A DNA stretch of 17,174 nucleotides from Longimicrobiales bacterium (GTDB taxonomy: Bacteria; Gemmatimonadota; Gemmatimonadetes; Longimicrobiales; Gaopeijiaceae): contig CBDANQ010000005.1 in assembly GCA_965197725.1 (NCBI GenBank), positions 1 to 17,174 on the forward strand. Direction: 5' to 3'. Below, in pieces: positions 1-8,588 of this stretch. Below the pieces are notes generated by a model, which was given only the letters and a program-made list of their open reading frames with translations, did no database searches and was not told the origin of the DNA. How positions within the stretch are numbered: position 1 is the first letter of the stretch; each line of letters starts with the position of its first letter. The position numbers were made by a program, and so were the translations under genes.

Positions 1-644
1 GCCGACTGCACTCCGCTCATCGCCGCCATTCCGGCGTGAAGCGGCTTCGTCATCGTGCCTACGTTCGATCGAATGCCTGCCGCTCGGGAGGCGGCAATAG
101 CGAGACTGCAAACCGTCTCTTCTTCTGACAGTGAGAGCAGCCGAGCCGCGGCGGCACACGCTCCGAGAGTGGCAAGTGTTCCAGTCGGGTGAAATCCCGC
201 CTCGAAATGGCTCGGGTTCATGGCGGAAGCGATTGCGGTCTCGATTTGAAACCCAATCATGAAGGCCTCGATGCACGCGCCGTAGCTAGCCTCCATTGCC
301 TCTCCCACGCTCAGAGCCGCCGGAACCAAGTGGCAGCTGGGATGACCAAGGAGCACGAAGTTCGTATCATCAAAGTCGAGGGCGTGTGCGAGAGTGCCAT
401 TCGCAAGCGCTGCAAGCTCCGATGTTGTCCTGGTCTCGCTACCGACGATGCCCGCGACGTCACAACCGCCCTGGCTCTTGACGTACTGCAGTATGAGCTT
501 CCCGGCGCGCGACGAGTTCGCAGCGAGCGACACACCCACAACGTCTGCGAATGCTCGCCGGACGGCAGCGGCGGCGGAATCTGGCGGTAGCTGCGGCGGT
601 TCGTGAATGAACGACGCCAAGGCGCGGGTAGTGGTGCGAGTCAC
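1..644 (-). CDS. MmgE/PrpD family protein (2-methylcitrate dehydratase-like), 3' end runs off the window
   Basis: Not in the ORF track; translated by hand. GTG start at 644 after an AGAAGGAG RBS: MTRTTTRALASFIHEPPQ...ALANGTLAHALDFDDTNFVLLGHPSCHLVPAAL...GFHPTGTLATLGA...NVGTMTKPLHAGMAA. The AHALDFDD, GHP, GFHPT and TKPLHAG motifs are typical of MmgE/PrpD. The frame stays open to position 1. Confidence 0.92.
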   Translation of the reverse strand, partial: MTRTTTRALASFIHEPPQLPPDSAAAAVRRAFADVVGVSLAANSSRAGKLILQYVKSQGGCDVAGIVGSETRTTSELAALANGTLAHALDFDDTNFVLLGHPSCHLVPAALSVGEAMEASYGACIEAFMIGFQIETAIASAMNPSHFEAGFHPTGTLATLGACAAAARLLSLSEEETVCSLAIAASRAAGIRSNVGTMTKPLHAGMAAMSGVQS

Positions 645-742
645 ATAGGCTCCTTCTTGATCTTCACGACTGAATTCCGGTCACTTCTAGGATGAATCTC
701 TGACATGGGAGCGCGCGCCTGTTCATCGCTGAGCGGGCTCGT

Positions 743-1905
743 TCAGGCGGACGCTCCTCGATAGCCAAGTTCATGCTCAGCAACGATCACCCGGTGAATC
801 TCGTTTGTTCCGTCATAAATTTGCATGAACTTCGCGTCTCGAAAGTACCTTCCCACCGCGTACTCGTCCGAGCATCCGTACGCACCGAAGATTTGAACCG
901 CGTCGAGCGAGGCTTCGACTACGGCATCGGTCGCGAATATCTTCGCTATGGAGGCCTCTTTCTGGAGACGCTCGTGGCCTTCGTCCTTCAGCCAGGCGAG
1001 CTGCCACACCAGAAGCCTTGCAGCCTCGAGGTTCATCCGCATCTGTGTCAACTTCGTCTGAATCAGCTGATAGCGGCCTATCGGGCTATCGAAAACCTCG
1101 CGGTGCTTCGCGTAATCGACCGATGTTTCCAGACAGGCGCGTAAGAGTCCCGTCGCCCGTGCTGCGCAGGCGAGCCTCCCCATTTCTGAGCCCGACAGCA
1201 TGACCTTATATCCCAAGCCCTCCTCTGCCACGCGGTTCTCTTCAGGAACGAAGACATCGTTGAGAACGACTTCGCCACTGACCAACGATCGACAGCCGAC
1301 GCTTCCCTCGAATTGATTAACCCCCACGCCGTCCCAATCCCGCTGAACGATCAGCGCCACTATCCCTCGCGAACCTTTTGTCTTATCAACGGTGGCGAAT
1401 GTCAGGAACCAATCGGCATTCATGCAATTCGAGACCCAAACTTTCGTTCCGTTCAACCTATATCCTGATTAACTCCCTCTGCTACGGTATGCATGCGACG
1501 GGCGATGTCTGTGCCGGAGTGCGGCTCAGTGACTGCAATCGCTGCAACGAGATCTCCCTCGAGATACGGTCGAAGGTAATTCCGCTTCTGCTCGAGAGTG
1601 CCGTAACGAAGCAGGCTTGCGCCAACGGAACAGCTGGCTTGCCCGCAAACCATGGCGCTCGCTGAACACACACGAGCCAACTCCTCGAGTACGAGCATGA
1701 AGGTGACGTAATCGAGGTCCGAGCCGCCCCACTCAGACGGCATGACACCGCCAAGCAAGCCGACGTCCGCAAGTCGCTTCGAGTTCTCGCGGGGATAGTA
1801 CCCGTTACGGTCGTAATCACGGACATTGGCTGCAAGCTCCCGAGCTGCGAACGCTCTCGCCAACTCCCGGACCGCACTCTGTTCTTCGCTTAGGCGGAAG
1901 TCCAC
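743..1905 (-). pseudogene. Acyl-CoA dehydrogenase family protein, split by a -1 frameshift near 1465-1475 (may be a sequencing error)
   Basis: ORF 1453..1905 gives the N-terminal half (MDFRLSEEQ..., AVTEPHSGTD). The next frame continues GYRLNGTKVWVSN...GRL...YAKHREVFDSPIGRYQLIQ...AVQIFGAYG...RYFRDAKFMQIYDGTNEI (ORF 743..1456). Junction: GTT AAT CA GGA TAT AGG. Confidence 0.9.
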
Positions 1906-2017
1906 GATCTACGACCAAGAGGCGGAGCGACCGCTGCGGTCGGGAGTTCGACCCCACGCGCGGTGGAGGCGAGGACCGTCGAGGCGCAGACTGCGGACCA
2001 CGAACCGCACAAAGGCA

Positions 2018-2046
2018 CTTATACAATATGCTGAAGGCGCTGTCAA
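2018..2046 (-). promoter_or_regulatory. Near-consensus sigma70/SigA promoter for the acyl-CoA dehydrogenase-MmgE/PrpD unit
   Basis: The minus strand reads TTGACA (2046-2041), a 17-bp spacer, then TATAAG (2023-2018), about 110 bp upstream of the GTG at 1905. Confidence 0.75.
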
Positions 2047-2219
2047 CGGGCTGAAGAGCAACGCCAGCGCTCTCCGGCTCCACACTCGGGCGGGTGACTC
2101 AGACGTAGCGGGTGGCCGGCAGCTCCAAGCGGACTGCCAGCCATAGGGTTTGCCAGCGCCTCTCCTCGCGCTCGGCGTCCAAGACGGATCCATTCGCCGC
2201 ACCGGCGGCGGCAATCCGC

Positions 2220-2330
2220 GACCCAATGGCATACAAAAGGAAAAACCGCGCGGAAAGGCCCGGAAACCCTTTTTCCATGCGGTTCCCAATGATCGGGAAT
2301 GGCACCCCATGGCACCCCCACCCCAGGAGC
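2220..2330. mobile_element. Probable end (arm-type repeat region) of an integrative element that truncates the alpha-hydroxy-acid oxidase gene
   Basis: Tandem direct repeat ATGGCACCCC at 2299-2308 and 2309-2318, a variant ATGGCATAC at 2226-2234, and A/T tracts (GGAAAAA...TTTTTCC). It lies where the oxidase-like protein sequence stops, and DNA to the left is visibly less GC-rich. Confidence 0.45.
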
Positions 2331-3234
2331 GGCAACGATCTCCGGCAGCATCTTGATCGTCGCGGGGAGGCCGTCGAGGATGTTGCCGCCGTGGTTAGAG
2401 ACGACGATCACCGCGGCCCCGGCATCGACCGCGCGCCGCGCGTCCTCCGCGGAGAGGATGCCCTTGATGATCACCGGACCGTCCCACTGCTCGTGGATCC
2501 AGGGCAGGTCGTCCCACACCGGCGCCGCCTTGAGCGCGAGGGTTGACATCTCGAACATATCCACCGGCTTGCCGTCCTGGTTCGTCACCATCGCGGCACT
2601 GAAGCGTTGGCGGCGGTTGCGCAGGAAGGTGGTCGTCCAGACCGGGTGCGCCAGCCCCTGTTGGATGAGCTTCAGGACGCCCCACCAACCCGGGTTGGCA
2701 AGGTCGACGCGACCCCGCATGGGGTGCTCGCGACGCGGCTCCGCGGCGGTGTCGACCGTGAGGACGAGCGCCCCGCACCCCGCCTTCCTGGCCCGCTCGA
2801 TGAGCGGCGCCGCGGCTTCCCGGTCGCCCGGGTAGTACAGCTGCAGGAAGATCGGCCCGGAAGCCGACGCGGCGATCTCCTCGATCGTCGTGCAGGTGAA
2901 CGTGCTGACCATCTGGATCGTCCCGGCAGCGCCCGCGGCGCGGGCCACCGCGGCCTCCCCTTCGGGATGCACGACGCCGAGCGCGCCCACCGGTGCGGCG
3001 ATGAGCGGCATCGCGATCCGGTGCCCGAGCACCGTCGTCTGCAGGTCGCGCTCCGGCCACCATCGCGCCGCCCGCGGGTTGAAGCAGATCTCCTCGAAGG
3101 CCCGCAGGTTACGCTCGGCGGTCACGCCCGTGCCGGCTCCAGCTTCCATGTACAGCTGCACCGGCTTGGGGACGCGGCCGTCCCAGGTACCTGGCGTCGG
3201 CGACGCACGTGATCCTGTCGGCTCTACGGCTCAT
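2328..3234 (-). pseudogene. FMN-dependent alpha-hydroxy-acid oxidase/dehydrogenase family (MftD/LldD-like); +1 frameshift near 3180, 3'-truncated near 2330
   Basis: ATG at 3234, 2 bp after the upstream gene's stop, gives MSRRADRITCVADARYLG. The next frame gives RVPKPVQLYMEAGAG...RNLRAF...PLIAAPVG...FLQLY...LTVD...GPVIIKGILSAEDARRAVDAGAAVIVVSNHGGNILDG...LPEIVAA. The C-terminal DGGxRxGxD phosphate-binding segment is missing, and the computed ORF runs into unrelated DNA to 2043. Confidence 0.88.
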
Positions 3235-3236
3235 CG

Positions 3237-4143
3237 CTAGCTGCGAAGCGGAAACACGACAGGCCTGAGCGGCGCTCCCGTTGCTCCGCGCAGGGGGATC
3301 GTCGTCGCGAAGAACGCGAACTCGTAGAGCTCCGCCTCGGCGATCTCGTCGCAGTTGACAACCTCCATGATCGCGACTCCGGCCTGAGCGAGGAGATAGC
3401 GGTGAACCGGGTTCCAGTTGTCGGGCACGGCCGACGGCCACTGCTCGAGGCCGACGTTGTCGCCCCCGATCACGATGGCGCCAGCCTCTGCGAGGAACTT
3501 CGCGGCCTCCAGATTGAGGCCGGGCTCGTCCGTGAGGTAGGCGTCGGCATCAGGCCACGCGGCCATGCGGCCGGTGCGGACGAGGACGACATCGCCGGGC
3601 TCGACGGTCGTGCCCTGCCTGCCGAGCGCTGCGCGGACGTCATCGGCGTCGATGCCGTAGGAGCTCGGGAGCGGGTCGACGCCGAGCGCGCTCGGCACGT
3701 CGATCAGCACCCCGCGCGCGATGATCGGTGGCTGCTGCTCCGCGCCGCACGCATGCCAGTGGCGAGCGCCGAGGTCCTCGGCGACGGAGAAGCCGTTCCA
3801 GATCTGACCGTTCCAGCCGTGGTGGTTCAGCGCGTCGATATGCGTACCGCAGTGCGTGTACATCGAGATGCTGTCGCCTGAGTACTCGTGGAGCTCGTAG
3901 GCCGGCGCGCCGCTCGTCGACCTGGTGTCCGTCGGGGGTGTGGGTCATCCAGATCTGGTACGGGGGGTCGCCACCGGCGCTCCACGCCGGCATGCCAGGG
4001 AAGAACTCGACACACAGGTCGAACATCTTCGCGGCGTCCGCCTCGGCCATGATGCGAGTCCTGGACTCGGGCGTGATTAGATTCAGCATGCCCATCTGGT
4101 CGCCAGGCCCGAACGGGCTCTTGGTGACCTCATGAGACTCCAC
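3237..4143 (-). pseudogene. Cyclase family metal-dependent hydrolase (kynurenine formamidase-like), split by a frameshift near 3910-3930
   Basis: N-part: KSPFGPGDQMGMLNLITPE...FDL...PGMP (ORF 3640..4143). C-part: YSGDSISMYTHCGTHIDALNH (HxGTHxD metal motif)...RGVLID...GDVVLVRTG...PGL...GGDN...VHRYLL...E...GATGAPLRP (ORF 3237..3863). Confidence 0.88.
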
Positions 4144-4221
4144 CTCTCGTGCGGCGATGAGCGCATCTGCCGTGGATCATCCTCCTTGGCTGTCGCTTCT
4201 ACGATCGGATCGAGGGCGCGT

Positions 4222-5462
4222 TCACTCGCTGAAGCCGGGCATGATCTCGTTGACGAAGGTTTCGAGCTGCCACCGGGCTTCGTCCCACCTCAGGAGCCCC
4301 TGAGGGAACGACCAGCTCAACCAGGAGAGTTCGCCGTCTGCGTGACAGCGCCTCAGCGAGTCAAGCTTGCGCTTGACGTCGTCAACGGTTCCGCACAGGG
4401 CGAAGTCATGATCGACGAGCCGCTGGTAGAGAGCCTCCGGACTCGGAAACGCGAGCGGCTCCGAGTCTTCCTCGTCCGGGTTCCGGAACACCTCCATGAA
4501 GCCGAACTGGCTGAAGTAAGCGTGGAAGCCCCAGCCCGTCGTTCTCGCTCCGAGCGCGAACGCCTAGTCATACGTCTTGCCGATCGAGATCGAGCGGAAC
4601 GCGCCGACACCCTCTCCAAGCGCGGCTCCCGGCCACACTTGTCGGACTCGTCGCGGTATGCGCGGCAGAGGCCTCCGAACACCTCGGGATGCGACGTCAT
4701 CATCCACGGGAGGATCTGCTCGTTCGCGCACCACCGGATCGTCGACTCACTTACCGAGAACGGCTGCCAGAGCGGCGGGTGCGGCTGCTGGTACGGCTTC
4801 GGCACCACGCTGATGCGCCGGACCACATCGTCCTCGTCGAGCTCGCCGGGGGCTCCGTACGTGCGCGTCCACTCCTGAGCCGGCCACCGGGTGATGCCCT
4901 GGTCGTACGGGAACGGAACGGAGTAGAACTCGCCCTCGAACTCGAGGCTGTCCTCGGTCCAGGCCTTCTTGATGATCGTGAAGACCTCTTCGAAGACGGC
5001 CCGGTTGTGCTGGTCGAGCTCCGAGCCGTCCATCGGCGCGGATGTCACCCGGTACTGCTGTCCCAGCACGTTGGTCCAGCGGTCCTGGTACCCGCGGGCA
5101 AAGCCGGCGATGACCCGGCCTCGGCTGAGATGGTCGAGAACGGCGAGCTCCTCTGCGCAACGGATGGGGTCCCAGCCCGGGATGACAAGGCCGAGCGGCG
5201 CGAACTTGATGCGCTCCGTCCGGGCCGCCAGGTCGGTGTAGAGCATCAGCGGAGCGACCGACGCCTCGAACCCTTCGGAGTGGAAGTGGTGTTCCGTGGT
5301 CGAGAACACATCGAAGCCCATCTCGTCTGCCAGGACGGCGAGCTCACGGACCTCCTCGAGCATCTGCTGGTAGCGGTCATTGTTGCGACCAATCGGGCGC
5401 AGCGCGGCGCGCTCCTCCGGGGTCGCCGGAATCGTCGGGAAGACCATGAGGTCGAACTTCAC
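4222..5462 (-). pseudogene. LLM-class (luciferase-like) flavin-dependent oxidoreductase/monooxygenase; -1 frameshift at ~4616 and in-frame TAG at 4564-4566
   Basis: MKFDL...ADEMGFD...TEHHFHSEG...LAARTERIK...DPIRCAEELAVLDHLSRGR...GFARGYQ...PKPYQQPHPPLW. Restoring one G (TTG GGA GAG GGT) continues GEGVGAFRSISIGKTYD*AF... into ORF 4222..4497 (CGTVDDVKRKL...LETFVNEIMP). Confidence 0.9.
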
Positions 5463-5545
5463 GTGGTGTCCCGGGCGAGCAGGGCGTCGTCTCGAAACCG
5501 CTCGAGCCGGCCAGGCGCGCGGCGCATCACGCCTCGGCCGAGCGG

Positions 5546-5986
5546 CTAGCTCGCGGGCGCGAGCTCCGGGGCGTGTGCCTTCGACGCCTCGCAGGCGTCC
5601 TTCAACGCTTGGACGTGCTCGCCGGTCCAGTCTCGCTTGCCGCCGGTGAAGTGGACGGAGATCAGACCGATCATCAGCTCCCCCTCCAGGATCGGCGCGA
5701 GCATCTGCGCGGTGACGCCGAAGTCATCGGTCAGGTACGAGCAGCCTTGGAGCGGCTCCGTCGGGAGGTCGCTCTGCACGAGGACGTCGTGCGTCTCGTC
5801 GACGTACTTGAAGGTCGGCGCCTGCCGTACCTCTTCGATGCGCTCTTCCCGGATCGCGCGGACACCCGTGACCACGGCCTCGGCGAACACCGGGAAGTAG
5901 GGATCCTCTGGAACGTCGAAACGGATCGTTATTCGGCTCGCCTCTGTCGCGTCAAGCAGCTCCTGGGCGATCGTCTCGAGAGACAT
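5546..5986 (-). CDS. Stand-alone GAF domain-containing protein
   Basis: 146 aa with a strong GGAGAGGAG RBS. GAF-like pattern: LLDATEASRITIR...LVQSD...FGVTAQMLAPILEGELMIGLISVH...RDWT. Confidence 0.8.
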   Translation of the reverse strand: MSLETIAQELLDATEASRITIRFDVPEDPYFPVFAEAVVTGVRAIREERIEEVRQAPTFKYVDETHDVLVQSDLPTEPLQGCSYLTDDFGVTAQMLAPILEGELMIGLISVHFTGGKRDWTGEHVQALKDACEASKAHAPELAPAS

Positions 5987-6109
5987 GGGCGCTCCTCTCC
6001 GGCGGATTGCGTTCCACTAACGTCAACCGGACTCTACCCGGGCGCTCGCCGATGATCAGACTGCGCTCCGCCGCGATCGCCAGGGACCGCTGGACACGCG
6101 CTTTTCAGT

Positions 6110-6121
6110 TAGCCTCTCTCG
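6110..6121 (+). promoter_or_regulatory. Possible leaderless-transcript -10 box
   Basis: TAGCCT (TANNNT) at 6110-6115 lies 6 nt before the ATG at 6122, with no Shine-Dalgarno sequence. Confidence 0.35.
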
Positions 6122-6451
6122 ATGGCTCTCGCTATCGAGCTTGAGAACTACTGGTGCTTCGTCGACAGGGAACCAGCACGGTGCGAGGTTGGCGACCCCA
6201 TGCTGGCGCTGGTCGGGACTAACGGCGCCGGGAAGTCAGCCCTCTTTCGGTTCTTGTACGAGTTCAGGTCTGCTCTGAGGGGCTGGAGCCCAGGGCAGCA
6301 CGGATCGGTCAACGCAGCGCTCGCCCTCCCAGTCGCTGATCCGAGACACAACACGACCGTGCCAAGCGAGATTCGACCCGATTCGCCCGCGACGATTGAC
6401 TCGGCGGTCGAAGTGCCTAGTTTGACCCTACGAGGACAGCGAAACGTCTAG
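6122..6451 (+). pseudogene. N-terminal fragment of an ABC/SMC-type (AAA_15/AAA_21-like) ATPase
   Basis: IELENYWCF...LALVGTNGAGKSALFRFL matches the 'i.l.NfrsF...l.lvG.NgsGKS' start with a Walker A motif. The ORF ends after 109 aa with no signature or Walker B motif. Confidence 0.65.
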
Positions 6452-6542
6452 TGGGCCTTAAGCCTCTGAGCCCGGTGGGAGCGACGAGCACGAACATCGA
6501 TCGACCCGCTGGGATGCTCGCGCCGCCGGACACGCCGACCCG

Positions 6543-8588
6543 ATGAACCACCTCGTCGGCGTCGACGTGGGCGGGACGTTCACCGATGTCCTGCTCATGC
6601 CGCTCGACGGCTCGCACGCCGTGCTCGCGAAGGTCGTGACGACACCGGAGCCTGAGGACGGGGTAGTCGCGGGGGTGCACGAGGCGCTCGTCCGCGCCGG
6701 CCTCGCCGCTGACCAGGTCGAGCGTGTCGTCCACGGCACGACCATCGCGACCAACACGGTCATCCAGGAGCGTGGCGCCCGGGTCGGCCTCCTCGTCTCA
6801 CGGGGCTTCCGGTACGTTCTCCAGATCGCGCGGTCATGGACACCCGGCCCGGTTTCGGGCTGGATGGTCTGGGACAAGCCCGACCCGCTCGCGGACCTGC
6901 GTGACACGATCGAGATCACCGGACGATTCGGTGCGCGGGGAGAGATCATCGACGCCATCGATGAGGACGAGGTGCGCGCCGCGGTTCGAACGCTCGCGGA
7001 CCGCGGTGTCGAGGCACTCACGGTTGCGCTCGTCAACGGGTACGTTCGACCAGACGTCGAGGCCCAGGTCGGCGATCTGGCGCGCGACGAGGCTCCGCAC
7101 CTGTCGGTGTCGCTCGCGTCGCACGTCCTACCGGAGTTTCGCGAGTACGAGCGCACCCTCGCCGCCGTCGCCAACGCCTACGTTCAACCGGCGATGGCGC
7201 GCTACGTCGCAGGGCTCGAGCAGTCGCTTGCCGCTGAGCTGCCCGGCGCATCCCTCAACGTCGTGCGCTCGGATGGGGGCCTGATGAGCGTCGCCGGAGC
7301 GTCCGAGAGGCCGATCGAGACGGTGTTCTCCGGGCCCGCCGGCGGGGTTCGAGGCGCAGTTCACGTCGGGTCGCTGGTCGGCATGCGGAAGGTCCTGAGC
7401 TTCGACATGGGCGGGACGAGCACCGATGTCGCCCTCAGCACCGACGGGCATGCTCCGGTGTCGCGGACGAGCTCGCTCACCTCGTATTACCGCGTCCGTG
7501 TCCCGTCGCTCGACGTGGTCTCGATCGGTGCGGGCGGCGGGTCGATCGCACACGTCCCGAGGACCGGCGCGCTGCGTGTCGGGCCCGAGAGCGCCGGGTC
7601 GAGCCCTGGGCCTGCGTGCTACGGGCGTGGCGGAACCGAGCCGACGGTGACCGACGCGAACGTCGTGCTCGGTCACGTGCCGAGCCTGCTGGCGGGGCGG
7701 ATGGACCTGCACGCCACACGGGCCGCGGAAGCGGTTCAAAGGATCGCGGACGCGCTGGAGCTGGCCGTCGAGGACGCAGCCCAGGCGATCATCGACATCG
7801 CGAACGAGAAGATGCTCAGCGCGCTGCGGCTCGTCTCGGTCCAGCGCGGGCACGACCCACGCGATTTCGCTCTCGTCGCGTTCGGCGGTGCAGGGCCGCT
7901 TCACGGCAACGCGCTGATGGAGCTCCTCGGCAGCGCTGTGTGCGTCGTGCCTCCCACACCAGGCGTCCTGTCGACGTTCGGATTTCTCGTGGCCGACGTC
8001 CAGCGCGAGTTCGCTCGAAGCCACATCAGGCGCCTGTCGGAGCTGGAAGACGCAGACGTGAGGGTGATCATGGACGAGCTCGCCAAGCAGGGCTATGGGT
8101 GGCTCGCCTCCGAGGGCTTCGACGAGGAGACCCGGGAGCTCTCGTGGCAGTTCGGGATGCGCTACTACCGCCAGGGGTACGAGCTCCCAGTCGTCCACGA
8201 CGGCCCGCAGGACGACCCGGCGCTTCTGGAGACGCTCGCGGCCCGATTCGTGGAGGCCCACCGCCACGCCTACCAATTCGACCTGGAGATCGAGCCGGAG
8301 CTCGTGATCGTCCGTTGCCTCGCCACGGGCTTGACCCCCACGCCGATCACCCCCCGTCGCGAACCAGCGGGCGCATCGCCCGACGCGGCCCGCGTGGACG
8401 CAGAGCACACCATCTACTGGAATGCCGGGTGGGTCTCCGCGCCGCGGTACGCCCGCGAGCGTCTCGAGGCCCGCAACGTCCTCGACGGCCCCTGTGTGAT
8501 CGAGCAGGAGGACTCGACCACCCTGGTGAAGCCGGGGACGCGAGCGACGGTGGACCGCTACCTGAACCTGCTGCTGGAGCGCGCGTGA
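6543..8588 (+). CDS. Hydantoinase A / 5-oxoprolinase family ATP-binding subunit (lactamase alpha-like)
   Basis: 681 aa intact. Motifs: GVDVGGTFTD, HGTTIATN, PEFREYERT, SDGG, SGPAGG, DMGGTSTD, IGAGGGS, GPESAGSSPGPACYGRGGTEPTVTDAN, FGGAGPLH. Confidence 0.95.
   Translation: MNHLVGVDVGGTFTDVLLMPLDGSHAVLAKVVTTPEPEDGVVAGVHEALVRAGLAADQVERVVHGTTIATNTVIQERGARVGLLVSRGFRYVLQIARSWTPGPVSGWMVWDKPDPLADLRDTIEITGRFGARGEIIDAIDEDEVRAAVRTLADRGVEALTVALVNGYVRPDVEAQVGDLARDEAPHLSVSLASHVLPEFREYERTLAAVANAYVQPAMARYVAGLEQSLAAELPGASLNVVRSDGGLMSVAGASERPIETVFSGPAGGVRGAVHVGSLVGMRKVLSFDMGGTSTDVALSTDGHAPVSRTSSLTSYYRVRVPSLDVVSIGAGGGSIAHVPRTGALRVGPESAGSSPGPACYGRGGTEPTVTDANVVLGHVPSLLAGRMDLHATRAAEAVQRIADALELAVEDAAQAIIDIANEKMLSALRLVSVQRGHDPRDFALVAFGGAGPLHGNALMELLGSAVCVVPPTPGVLSTFGFLVADVQREFARSHIRRLSELEDADVRVIMDELAKQGYGWLASEGFDEETRELSWQFGMRYYRQGYELPVVHDGPQDDPALLETLAARFVEAHRHAYQFDLEIEPELVIVRCLATGLTPTPITPRREPAGASPDAARVDAEHTIYWNAGWVSAPRYARERLEARNVLDGPCVIEQEDSTTLVKPGTRATVDRYLNLLLERA

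Noticed and set aside
189..606. Plus-strand ORFs 189..590 and 394..606
   Set aside because: They are antisense to the clear MmgE/PrpD gene on the minus strand.
4564..4566. In-frame TAG as pyrrolysine or stop-codon reassignment
   Set aside because: TAG is used as a normal stop elsewhere in the window (3237, 5546, 10544, 12783), and the same gene also has a frameshift. A GAG-to-TAG change is simpler.
5463..5530. Short reading frame MRRAPGRLERFRDDALLARDT between the GAF and LLM genes as a remnant of a molybdopterin-enzyme N-terminus
   Set aside because: The resemblance is faint and too short to support.
7616..8584. N-terminal 320 aa of the 942-aa ORF 7616..10444
   Set aside because: An Arg/Gly/Pro-rich off-frame overlap with hydantoinase A. 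The real B subunit starts at the coupled GTG at 8585.
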